NCBI GenBank assembly: GCA_963779005.1
Contig: CAVZWO010000006.1
Span: 362,125-426,124 of the forward strand
Direction: 5' to 3'
DNA length: 64,000 nt
Source: an uncultured Acidobacteriota bacterium
Lineage (GTDB): Bacteria; Acidobacteriota; Terriglobia; Acidiferrales; UBA7541
The notes below the pieces were generated by a model. That model searched no databases. It was not told the origin of the DNA and was given only the letters and a program-made list of their open reading frames with translations. Both the position numbers and the translations under genes were made by a program. This document shows, piece by piece, positions 11,490-20,673 of the stretch. Numbering within the stretch: position 1 is the first letter of the stretch; the number at the start of each line of letters is the position of its first letter.

Positions 11490-13078
11490 AGCGCCTGCTT
11501 TTTGTTTTGACGCTTTTCGCAGGTGCTTGGACTTCGGCCTGCAGCGGAGGCTCCAGTTCGGTTAGTCCCCCGCCGCCTCAGGGAGGGTTTACGAACGCCA
11601 GCCTTAGTGGGACCTACGTTTTCTCGATGACGGGCACAACGGCCGATAACACGTTTGGCACGAGCAGTTTCTCGCGTGTGGGAGTTTTCTCCGCGGACGG
11701 CAAGGGTGATATTGCGACCACGGGCGGGGTAGAGGACGTGCATAAATTTGGCGCGGACAATATATTTGGGATCACCGGCGGGAGCTACACGATCAATGCG
11801 GATGGCAGGGGTACTCTGAGCCTCATAGCCTCCGGTGGGGCCACTGTTCAGTACAGTATTAGTCTGGTTTCGACAAGCGGTGGATTTATCGTGGACATGA
11901 TCAATGGCGACGAGGAGACCGCGAGCGGCAGCTTTAGTCTGCAAAGCGCCACAAGCATTGCCGCCGGCACGTATACCTTCGATTTTGCCGGAATTGCTCC
12001 CGACGGAACCGGTAACCCCACATCGGCGATTGGCGACCTGGTTGCGGGGACAGCGGGCAGCGGCAGCTTTGGCGTGGGCAGTTTCTGGGACGTCAATGAA
12101 GCTGGCAATCTGATCACGAAGGGCTCTATATCCGGAGGAAGCTATGCACCGGACAATGCGAACCTTGAGACAGGACGAGGCACTGCCGTCATCAACGGAG
12201 CCAACTTCGTCTACTACGTCATTGACAGCCAGCACGTGCAATTTATGGCGACAGATGAAGACGCGGCGGCTCCTGGAACGCTGCTTGGCGAAGCCATCGC
12301 GCAGCAGGCAGGCACTCCGACACAAACCAGTTCGTTCAACGGCAACAGCTTCGTTTTCGCCATGGGCGGCGCCGGGATTCAGAGTGGGGCGCCACTCGCG
12401 CGTGCGGGGCGCCTTACCGCAACCGGTGGAGCTCTATCCGCAATCCTGCTCGACAACAATAACGCAGGGACGGAAATCGCCGTGCCTACGACTGGCGTTC
12501 TGAGTGGAGGGACGGTGACTCTGGACGGCGATGGTTCGGGCCGGGGCACGTTCACTTTTACAGACACGGTCAGTCACACGGGAACGTACACATTCGTTTT
12601 CTATCTTAGTTCCGCGACGCAGGGCGTGATCCAGGACGTCAGCACGGTGTTGATTAACAACGTCGCTACGCCAGTGGATGTCGCAGACGGGACTCTCCTT
12701 GCACAAACAGGCGCCCCGTTTGCTTCCGCAGGGCTCGCAACTTCGTACGCATTTAATTGGAGCGGTGTCAGCACCGGGGAAGAAGACTTCGTTGGTGCCT
12801 TCACGACCGCCGGCACAAACCCGAATGGCTTGGTGGATTACAACGAGTTCGGAAATGGAAAGCAGTTCCTCGACACTCCCTTTAACGGCACCATCACGGT
12901 TGGTGGGGATGGAACCGGGAGCACCGGTCAGCACAGCACTTTTGCCGCTGCGCTCACAGGTAGTCCGGCAGTCACAATAAATTATTTCGCCTATATCGCC
13001 AACCCAAGCACGATTCTCGTCATGGGCACGGGCTCGAATCGCGTGATCGTTGGCGTGCTCAACGCACAAACACAATAG
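11486..13078 (+). CDS. Lipoprotein with four tandem ~120-aa beta-rich repeats
   Basis: Lipobox WTSA-C; repeats begin GTYVFSMTG / GTYTFDFAG / NSFVFAMGG / TSYAFNWSG, and the first three contain GRGT; ATGA overlap with the upstream gene. Confidence 0.8.
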   Translation: MKRLLFVLTLFAGAWTSACSGGSSSVSPPPPQGGFTNASLSGTYVFSMTGTTADNTFGTSSFSRVGVFSADGKGDIATTGGVEDVHKFGADNIFGITGGSYTINADGRGTLSLIASGGATVQYSISLVSTSGGFIVDMINGDEETASGSFSLQSATSIAAGTYTFDFAGIAPDGTGNPTSAIGDLVAGTAGSGSFGVGSFWDVNEAGNLITKGSISGGSYAPDNANLETGRGTAVINGANFVYYVIDSQHVQFMATDEDAAAPGTLLGEAIAQQAGTPTQTSSFNGNSFVFAMGGAGIQSGAPLARAGRLTATGGALSAILLDNNNAGTEIAVPTTGVLSGGTVTLDGDGSGRGTFTFTDTVSHTGTYTFVFYLSSATQGVIQDVSTVLINNVATPVDVADGTLLAQTGAPFASAGLATSYAFNWSGVSTGEEDFVGAFTTAGTNPNGLVDYNEFGNGKQFLDTPFNGTITVGGDGTGSTGQHSTFAAALTGSPAVTINYFAYIANPSTILVMGTGSNRVIVGVLNAQTQ

Positions 13079-13100
13079 CGCCGACGGATCATCCAGGACG

Positions 13101-13130
13101 CCGCCCGGCTGATGTTGGCTGGGCGGTTTT
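13101..13130 (+). terminator. Probable intrinsic terminator
   Basis: CCGCCCGGC-tgatgttg-GCTGGGCGG-TTTT between convergent genes. Confidence 0.6.
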
Positions 13131-13875
13131 ATTTTTGGAGGAGTTTTTCGACGCGGGCGACGTCGTCGGGGACGTCGACGCTGACGGCGTCGTGCTCGAC
13201 TTCGGCCACACGAATCTTCCAGCCGTTTTCGAGCCATCGGAGCTGCTCGAGCTGTTCGATGCGTTCGAGTTCGCCCTGGGGCAGGGTGGGATATTCGAGG
13301 AGCGCGTCGCGCTGGAAGACGTAGAGGCCGAGGTGTTTCAGGTGGCGGACCTGGATTTTGCTGCCGGTGTCGCGCACCCAGGGAATGGGCGCGCGTGAGA
13401 AATAGAGGCCGTTGTTGTCGAAATCGAGGACGGTTTTCACGACGTTGGGATCCATGATGTCGGCGGGCGTCTTGATGGGCGTGGCGACCGTAGCGATAGA
13501 AGCGACAGGCTCTTCGAGCAGGGCACTGACGGCCGTGTCGACCGCCACGGGATCGAGGAGCGGCTCGTCTCCCTGGACGTTTACAAAAACGTCGCCTTTT
13601 TCGTGGGCGGCGACTTCCGCAACGCGCTCGGTTCCGGTGCGGTGATCCGAGCGCGTCATGCGGGCCTCGCCGCCGAATCCTTCCACTGCCTTCATGATGC
13701 GTTCATCGTCGGTAGCGACAATCACGCGAGAGGCGAGCGCGGCCAACCTGGCGCGCTCGTAGACGCGCTGAATCATCGGCTTGCCCGCCAGCGAAACGAG
13801 CGGTTTTCCGGGAAGCCGCGTGGCGCCAAAGCGCGCAGGAATGACGATGACGACTTCTGGTTTGGTGGAACTCAT
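13129..13875 (-). CDS. kdsB: CMP-Kdo synthetase
   Basis: IPARFGATRLPGKPL, HRTGTERVAE, VNVQGDEP, HLGLYVF, LEQLRWLENG; start trimmed to ATG 13875. Confidence 0.96.
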   Translation of the reverse strand: MSSTKPEVVIVIPARFGATRLPGKPLVSLAGKPMIQRVYERARLAALASRVIVATDDERIMKAVEGFGGEARMTRSDHRTGTERVAEVAAHEKGDVFVNVQGDEPLLDPVAVDTAVSALLEEPVASIATVATPIKTPADIMDPNVVKTVLDFDNNGLYFSRAPIPWVRDTGSKIQVRHLKHLGLYVFQRDALLEYPTLPQGELERIEQLEQLRWLENGWKIRVAEVEHDAVSVDVPDDVARVEKLLQK

Positions 13876-14152
13876 GGCACTTATTCTCGCATGGCGTTGC
13901 GTCTCGCACATTCGGGAATATTGGGGGACTGCCTGCGGTCGTTCTTGTATGGTGCCAGGAAGTGGGGAGTGTGCAATCTCGCACAGCGACGGATTTCGCT
14001 ATGACGCAGGATGGCCATGTTTGCTCGCGGGGTATCGGGTACCAAGTGCGAGCTAGTACTGGATTTGCCTTGTCTTCGCTTGCGCGAGTGGTAGAATCTC
14101 GATTAGTCCGAGCCGCGCGGCCGTTCTGGGTGACTGGAACGATGGGGGTGCC

Positions 14153-15205
14153 GTGAAACGCGATAGATCTGGTTTTCGCGTTTTTGTTTTTTGTCTGCTG
14201 GTGCTGTTACTCGCTTGCCTCGTTACGTCTCGCGCGGCCATTCTCGCAGCGCAACAATCACAAGCACAGTCGCCATCCACCGGCGATGACTCCAAGCAAA
14301 ACGAAAAGAAACTTCAAGACGACGTAAAGAAAGACACGCCCAGCCAAAAGCTGAAGCCTGGCCACACGTTGAAGATGGATGTGGACCTCGCGCTGGTCAA
14401 CGTCACCGTCACGGATCCCTACAATCGATTGGTGACCGGGCTGGAGATGGAGAATTTTCGCGTTTTCGAGGACAACGTCGAGCAGGAAGTGGTGACCTTC
14501 TCCGCGGAAGATGTGCCGATCTCGATTGGCGTGATCTTTGATTTCAGCGGCAGCATGGCCAACAAGGTGGGCAAAGCGCGCGAAGCAGCGATGCAATTCT
14601 TCAAGACAGCCAACCCCTCGGATGAATTTTTTCTGGTGAGTTTCAATGAACGAGCGGAGCTGACCAGCGCGTTCACCAACAGCGTGGAGGATTTGCAAAG
14701 CAGCCTGATGCTGACATCGGCGAAGGGGCGCACCGCGCTGCTCGACGCGATCTACCTCGGACTAAGCCAGATGAGAGGTGCACACAACGGCAAACGCGCC
14801 TTGCTCATCCTATCTGATGGAGGCGATAATCATAGTCGCTACAACGAAAGCGATATCAAGCGCCTGGTGAAGGAAGCGGACACCCAGCTCTATGCCGTCG
14901 GCATCTTTGACGCGCTTGGATATCGCAACCGGACGCCGGAAGAACTGAACGGTCCGTCTTTGCTGTCAGAAATAACAGAGATGACCGGGGGGCGCGTATT
15001 TTCCGTCGAGAAACTTGAGGACCTTCCGGATATCGCTTCAAAAATAGGCATGGAGCTGCGAAATCAATATGTCCTGGGATACCGGCCGAGCAACAAGGCG
15101 CACGATGCACGCTGGCGCAAAATCAAGATCAAGCTGCGCGCTCCGAGAGGATTGCCGCCCCTCAATGTATTTGCAAAGACAGGCTACTACGCGCCCAGCC
15201 ACTGA
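14153..15205 (+). CDS. VWA-domain protein (acidobacterial VWFA-related family)
   Basis: GLEMENFRVFEDNVEQ, DFSGSM MIDAS, TALLDAI, LSDGGDNHS, ELRNQYVLGY, KTGYYAP. Confidence 0.9.
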   Translation: MKRDRSGFRVFVFCLLVLLLACLVTSRAAILAAQQSQAQSPSTGDDSKQNEKKLQDDVKKDTPSQKLKPGHTLKMDVDLALVNVTVTDPYNRLVTGLEMENFRVFEDNVEQEVVTFSAEDVPISIGVIFDFSGSMANKVGKAREAAMQFFKTANPSDEFFLVSFNERAELTSAFTNSVEDLQSSLMLTSAKGRTALLDAIYLGLSQMRGAHNGKRALLILSDGGDNHSRYNESDIKRLVKEADTQLYAVGIFDALGYRNRTPEELNGPSLLSEITEMTGGRVFSVEKLEDLPDIASKIGMELRNQYVLGYRPSNKAHDARWRKIKIKLRAPRGLPPLNVFAKTGYYAPSH

Positions 15206-15212
15206 GATTGGG

Positions 15213-16217
15213 TTGCGGGTGCTTCGCGCCCTCCAGCATGTCGTTTTCATTCTGTGCGCGCTTGCTGTGCTTGCCTCGCCCTGCTTTGCACAGATTCCCA
15301 TACCCGCGCCGCAGCCGCCTCCTCCCGGTCAAGATGTAAATGCTGGAAAGCAGGGTTCGACGATCAGGATCGATGTCGGCCTCGTCGTGCTGCACACCAG
15401 CGTTCTCGACGACCGCGGCAAGTTCGTGGACGGCTTGAAACCTGAAAATTTCCGAATCTTTGAAGACAAAGTCGAGCAAAAGCTCTCGACATTCAAGCGC
15501 GAGGATGTTCCTGTCAGCATGGGCCTGGTGATCGACAACAGCGGCAGCATGCGCGACAAGCGGCCACGCGTGAATGAAGCGGCGCTTACGCTGGTCGAGT
15601 CCAGCAATCCGCAGGACGAGGCGTTCGTCGTCAACTTCAATGACGATTTTTATCTGGACCTGGACAAGGATTTTACCAACAGCATTCCCGAGCTGAAGGA
15701 AGCGCTCGAGCGCATCGATTCCCGTGGCAGCACAGCGCTCTTCGACGCCATTATCGGCTCGCTCGACCACCTCAAGAAAGCCGCCAAGGACAAGCGCGTG
15801 CTGCTCGTGGTGACCGACGGCGAAGACAATTCCAGCCATAATTCGCTCGAAAAAACGATCCGCGAAATCCAGAAGACGGACACGGTGATTTATACGATTG
15901 GTTTGCTCGGCGACGAGAAAAGAAAAGAGAAGAACAGCGCCATGAAGGCTTTGCGGCACATCGCCGAAGCATCGGGCGGCCTGGCGTTCTTCCCGGAAAG
16001 TGTCGACGACGTGCACGCCATCTGCGAACAGGTGGCGCACGATATCCGCAACCAGTACACGCTGGCATATTACCCGTCGAATACCAGAAAAGACGGCACC
16101 TTCCGAGCCGTCACCGTGCAGGTGATTCCGCCGCGCGGCCGTGGCAAGCTGGTCGCCCGCACGCGCAACGGCTACTACGCGCCCAACGCTCCCGCTTCCA
16201 ACTCCGCGGGGAACTAG
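15213..16217 (+). CDS. Second VWA-domain protein (tandem paralogue)
   Basis: DNSGSM MIDAS, TALFDAI, TDGEDNSS, DIRNQYTLAY, RTRNGYYA; start approximate (ORF track from 15069 overlaps the upstream gene). Confidence 0.9.
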   Translation: MRVLRALQHVVFILCALAVLASPCFAQIPIPAPQPPPPGQDVNAGKQGSTIRIDVGLVVLHTSVLDDRGKFVDGLKPENFRIFEDKVEQKLSTFKREDVPVSMGLVIDNSGSMRDKRPRVNEAALTLVESSNPQDEAFVVNFNDDFYLDLDKDFTNSIPELKEALERIDSRGSTALFDAIIGSLDHLKKAAKDKRVLLVVTDGEDNSSHNSLEKTIREIQKTDTVIYTIGLLGDEKRKEKNSAMKALRHIAEASGGLAFFPESVDDVHAICEQVAHDIRNQYTLAYYPSNTRKDGTFRAVTVQVIPPRGRGKLVARTRNGYYAPNAPASNSAGN

Positions 16218-16312
16218 CTCGTTTCCAGGCTTGTGGTTAGATGACTCTCTCTCGTGAGCGCGGAGCGTTCCCCTGCCAGTACCAATGAAGGAATTGACTC
16301 GCGCCGAACCGG

Positions 16313-16864
16313 GTGTTATATAGTGACGCTATTGTGTTGCGAATCTCCCTCCTTCGCCGGGCCCTGCCGTTCACGCTGCTTCTAACGGCGATGTGCGCTT
16401 TGGCAAGCACCGGCGCGAAGGAACCCGCTCCTCGATTCAACGCCAGGACGACCGAAGGCGAAAAATTCAGCAACGAATCGATCAAGGGGAAAATTGTCTT
16501 GCTGGAGTTCTGGACCACGTGGTGCAAATTCTGCTTCGATGAAGCTCCGATTGTCGACAAGATCGGTCACGAACTCTCCGACAAGGGATTAGTGGTGCTG
16601 GCGATCAACGTTGGAGAATCCAAGAAGACCGTCAAAAAGTACCTCGATGTGCACCCGCGAAACTGCAAGATCGTTCTAATGGAAGATACAAATCTGGCTG
16701 CGATGTACCAGGCCACGGTGTATCCCATCTATGTGGTCATCGATCGCGAGGGCAACATCGCCGCAACACAGCGCGGGGCAGGGGGAGAGCCAGCCCTTCG
16801 CAGACTCCTCGCCAAAGGGGGTCTGGACTCGCCGGATTCCTCTGACGATTCCGATGCGGACTGA
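16313..16864 (+). CDS. TlpA/ResA-like thioredoxin-fold redoxin
   Basis: GKIVLLEFWTTWCKFC (CxxC), VLAINVGE, YVIDREG; N-terminal signal/anchor. Confidence 0.88.
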   Translation: MLYSDAIVLRISLLRRALPFTLLLTAMCALASTGAKEPAPRFNARTTEGEKFSNESIKGKIVLLEFWTTWCKFCFDEAPIVDKIGHELSDKGLVVLAINVGESKKTVKKYLDVHPRNCKIVLMEDTNLAAMYQATVYPIYVVIDREGNIAATQRGAGGEPALRRLLAKGGLDSPDSSDDSDAD

Positions 16865-16892
16865 TCCGCCCTCTCCCCCTTCGTCAGACGGA

Positions 16893-17219
16893 TTAGGCTT
16901 CCAACGCTTGCTGCACCCTCTCAGGATCTCGAGCAATCACTTTCAGATAGGCTTGTGCGGGCCGGTCTGGGTAGGCGCGCCCTTGCTCCCAATCGCGCAA
17001 CGTTCCGAGCGGAATATGGTAACGGGCGGCAAATTCTTCCTGCGTAATTCCTAAAGCGCGGCGAATGATTTTTGCTTGCGGCGTCCGCTTCATGTGCCTT
17101 AAATCGATGCTGCTCAAAGGCAATGCGTCGGGATCGGCGAGTGCGGCGCGTTCGATTGCGCTGGCCGTCATTGGTCGAAGTCCCTTACGAGGTTTCCTGG
17201 AGGTAGATTTCTTGTTCAT
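16893..17219 (-). CDS. Xre/HTH_3 antitoxin-like transcriptional regulator (no adjacent toxin)
   Basis: IRRALGITQEEFAARYHIPLGTLRDWEQGR..PD.PA.AYL.VI..DPE. Confidence 0.85.
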   Translation of the reverse strand: MNKKSTSRKPRKGLRPMTASAIERAALADPDALPLSSIDLRHMKRTPQAKIIRRALGITQEEFAARYHIPLGTLRDWEQGRAYPDRPAQAYLKVIARDPERVQQALEA

Positions 17220-17260
17220 CTTGCGTCGCTCTCCGGTCTGAGATCAGAACACAGCTCGCT

Positions 17261-18463
17261 CTACTTCACAGCCAGGACGAGCAGAGTAGCGTCATCCCGA
17301 AAATGCGCGCCGCAGAAGTCGGTTACCTGCGCGAGCAACTGCTGATTCATCTTCGCCGCGGAATTTGACGCATTGGCTTTGGCGAAGGCAGCGACCCGTT
17401 CCACTCCGAATTCTTCGTCTTGTGAGTCCTCCGCCTCGGTGATCCCATCGGTGAAGAGAAGCAGCCTGTCGCCGGAACGGAGTTCGATGCTCGATTCCTG
17501 ATACTTCCAGGCAGGGAAAACGCCCAGAACCGCGCCGCCCTGGTCCAGCGTCCGCACTTCGCCGGAGGAAATAAGAATCGGATAGGGATGGCCGGCATTG
17601 CAGTAACGAAAGGTGCGTGCAGGGCCGTCCAGAACGCCGAAGAAGAAAGTCACGAATTTGTCGGCCGCGATGGTTTCGCAGAGCATGCCGTTGACGATGC
17701 TGCACACGCGCGCGGGGCTATCCATGTCGCGAACCGTGGCGCGCAGGCTGGCCTGCACGTTAGCCATGAGCAGAGCGGCCGGAACGCCCTTGCCGGAAAC
17801 GTCGGCGATACAGATGGCCAGCCGGTTTTCCGGCAATTTCAGCACATCGAAATAATCGCCGCCGACGGCGCGCGCGGGCTGCCAGGCGCTGGCCACCTCG
17901 AATCCCGGCAACTGGGGAATCACCTTGGGTAGGAGCGACTCCTGAATCTCTCGCGCGCGTTCTAATTCCTCGTCTTGAATCTCTAACCGGGCGGCACCGG
18001 CCTGAACCTGGCGTTGCAGTTCGAAGTTGCGGCGCTCCAGGCGTGCCTTGCTCCGCTTGTAGAGAAAATTCATACCGCCGTAGACCACGGTGATCAGAAA
18101 GGGCATCTTCCAACCGGTGAGCATCAGGTGCCTGAGCGATTGCGGAGAGGGCGGGGCCAACCACCAGACAATTACAGTGGACAGCCCGTAGACAGGAAAT
18201 GTCACGACGATCAACACGGCCGTGAAGATGACCAAGTCATAGGGAGCTTGCTTTTCGTAAAGAAACTGCAGCCACTGCACCGGCGGCGACAGAAAATTGC
18301 CGATGCACAGCGAGTATACAAGGACAGTGAACAGATTTATGGGCTGGCCGATAGCCCAGAAAATGGCACCCACGGCAAAGGCAAGGCACAAGTAAATGCC
18401 TTGGTTGCGGAAAAAGGTCGTCAGCCATTTGGAATCGACGCTAATCGTCGGCTTGCCTGTCAT
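17261..18463 (-). CDS. Membrane-anchored PP2C/SpoIIE-type phosphatase
   Basis: N-terminal TM segments; VGGDYFD, IADVSGKG..AALLMA, NAGHP, LFTDGITEA, DDATL. Confidence 0.92.
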   Translation of the reverse strand: MTGKPTISVDSKWLTTFFRNQGIYLCLAFAVGAIFWAIGQPINLFTVLVYSLCIGNFLSPPVQWLQFLYEKQAPYDLVIFTAVLIVVTFPVYGLSTVIVWWLAPPSPQSLRHLMLTGWKMPFLITVVYGGMNFLYKRSKARLERRNFELQRQVQAGAARLEIQDEELERAREIQESLLPKVIPQLPGFEVASAWQPARAVGGDYFDVLKLPENRLAICIADVSGKGVPAALLMANVQASLRATVRDMDSPARVCSIVNGMLCETIAADKFVTFFFGVLDGPARTFRYCNAGHPYPILISSGEVRTLDQGGAVLGVFPAWKYQESSIELRSGDRLLLFTDGITEAEDSQDEEFGVERVAAFAKANASNSAAKMNQQLLAQVTDFCGAHFRDDATLLVLAVK

Positions 18464-18483
18464 AGGGGCGGCATGATTCTAAC

Positions 18484-19881
18484 TCATGGAGCCTTGAGGT
18501 AGCGGCTGGCGAAGGTCAGGAAAGTGGGCCAGTTCGGGGCGGGCGTGTGGCCGCCGCTATGTTGCCTATAAGCGAGGTCTCCATTGATGAGTGGAGTTTC
18601 GATCGGCGGAAATTCCGCGGTGCCTAAATCCTTTTTTCCAAGCAGGCGGTAAACCGGACCGGCGGCGACTGTAGCCAGAAACATACCACGCGCATCCACC
18701 CATCCGTCGCCTTGCGTCGCGCCTGCACCAATAAACACAGGCCTCGGCGCAGCGAGAGCGATCAATTCATGCGAATCCACGGGCAAATCGTTGGGCGTCA
18801 GCGGCCCGGCATACTTCAAGAAATTTCCGGCCATCCAGTGATACTCGCCGGTTCCGGCGACATTGCCGATCTGCTCGCCGAAATTCCGGCGGTAGAGAGC
18901 GGCTCCGCCCGCTCCCGAGGAACTTATGTAGCCGATGGCGAAGCGCGGATCGTAGGCCATCGTGACCAGCGCCGCTTTGCCATAACGTGAGTGTCCCTCG
19001 ATCCCGACCTGGCGCACGTCCACGGCTTTATCGCTCTCGAAATAGTCCATCGCACGGCTCGCGCCCCAGGCCCAAGCGCGCAACGCGCCCCAATCGTCCA
19101 ACTTGCGCGGCTGTCCTTTGTTCACTAGCCCGATGATTCCCTCCGTCAGGCCATCGCCCTTGTCGGCTTGCACGCTGGTTGGAATGTAAACTGCATAGCC
19201 CCAACCCTTCGCCAGGACTTGCTGTTGCCATGTCGGCCCTTTGTTCGCCGCAGCGGTCATCTCTGGAAACCGCTTGGCGATCATGGCCATCACTTCCGGA
19301 CTGAAGCTCAACTCCATCATCACGGGAACGGGTCCAGGTGCGGAGGCGGGAGTCGTTAAGGTAAGTTGGATGTCCACGTTGACCGCCGGATACGCCGAAT
19401 TGTCTACGTGCCCGACAAGCTGTTTGGTTACGACGCTCACATCGCCAATTTTTTCCTGAACGGTCTTGGTGACTTCCCAAGTGACCTTGGGCGTTGCATT
19501 GGGTGCCCGGCCGTAAATTTCGCGGTCAAACTCTTCGACAATCTCGGGCCGCCGTAACTCCCACCATTCTTTGGCGGTCGTCACCTTCTTTCCGTTCTTC
19601 AATGTCAGTGGATCGGGCAGCTTGGGATCGGGCTTCGCTTTCTCCTCGTCATAGTTGGCGGCATTGGGAGACTTCGGGTCGCCATCCGCGCCTCGGCGCA
19701 GGGAAGTGATGCGCAGGAGATCCATCAACCGCTGGTGATCTTGCTCGGCGGTCAGATGAATAGGAGTAGGCGTTGCATTAGACAACTGCTGCGGTGAACC
19801 GACGCTGTAGAGAGCGGCCAGAGGAAGAACTGCCAACACCATAGCGCCGCCAAACCAGCGAATCGACACAGGCTTAGCCAC
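18484..19881 (-). CDS. Glucuronoyl esterase, CE15 family
   Basis: GHSRYGKA nucleophile motif, WGALRAWAWGASRAMDY, SSGAGG, LPVDSHELIALAAPRP; signal peptide; GTG 19881 with GAGGA. Confidence 0.88.
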   Translation of the reverse strand: MAKPVSIRWFGGAMVLAVLPLAALYSVGSPQQLSNATPTPIHLTAEQDHQRLMDLLRITSLRRGADGDPKSPNAANYDEEKAKPDPKLPDPLTLKNGKKVTTAKEWWELRRPEIVEEFDREIYGRAPNATPKVTWEVTKTVQEKIGDVSVVTKQLVGHVDNSAYPAVNVDIQLTLTTPASAPGPVPVMMELSFSPEVMAMIAKRFPEMTAAANKGPTWQQQVLAKGWGYAVYIPTSVQADKGDGLTEGIIGLVNKGQPRKLDDWGALRAWAWGASRAMDYFESDKAVDVRQVGIEGHSRYGKAALVTMAYDPRFAIGYISSSGAGGAALYRRNFGEQIGNVAGTGEYHWMAGNFLKYAGPLTPNDLPVDSHELIALAAPRPVFIGAGATQGDGWVDARGMFLATVAAGPVYRLLGKKDLGTAEFPPIETPLINGDLAYRQHSGGHTPAPNWPTFLTFASRYLKAP

Positions 19882-19978
19882 GATTGCTTCCTCGCACTCG
19901 CCAGGGTTTTGCAAAGCGCAACGATGTTAACGCAGGGAATGCTCGATTAGAAGCGATTGTGCTGGCGGTACGGCGAAC

Positions 19979-20254
19979 TCAAGCGGTTGCTGCCCGTGCT
20001 TTTTGCCGAACTCCCGAGCCGCCCCGGAAATTCCATAGCTTGTGATTCACGTTGACGCAAGCCACTTCATCCGGCGAAAACGGAATTTCCTTGAAGCCGC
20101 GAACTTCGATGACATGACCCTCGCTGGTCACGACCTGATCGAACTTTCGACCGTCCCGCAGCTCGACCGAAACCACCTGGTAACCTATGCCTGTCTCTCC
20201 GGCGCGCTTCAGGGGGTCGACCAGACTGCTGGGAATTGGAACTAAGCGTTTCAT
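19979..20254 (-). CDS. Small hypothetical protein (91 aa)
   Basis: ATG 20254 preceded by AAGGAG; globular composition with ETGIGYQ / VELRDGRKF. Confidence 0.65.
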   Translation of the reverse strand: MKRLVPIPSSLVDPLKRAGETGIGYQVVSVELRDGRKFDQVVTSEGHVIEVRGFKEIPFSPDEVACVNVNHKLWNFRGGSGVRQKARAATA

Positions 20255-20673
20255 GATACTCCTTAGGGTTGGGAGGACTGCGGACAACCCCATAGTACCG
20301 CTTGGGAACGGTGGTGTCTACCCCGGATTGGCGAACAAAAAGCGACAATGCACAGGAAATCCAGAGATCTGAAGCAGTTGGTTCCTTTTCCGCTTCCCTA
20401 AGGGACAACCCGGGTACCGCCAGGCTCCGCCTCCCAAAGGTGTCGAAGCCTCCTCAAGCCCTTGCTTGGCTGGGGCCAAGCCTCGCGGAACGGCTCCCCA
20501 AGCAAATTTCTCTTTTTGTAAGCGACTTTCTAGAGTCCTTTGGGTTAGGGTCGGACAACCGTGGGTGGTGTCCGAGTGTGTCCAGTGGGGAGCTTTCGGG
20601 CGTTTCTCCGGTGAAAACGGCTAGCTCGCCTGGCCGTGGATAAAGACAGATCGCGACAACCTGGAGGTCAATC

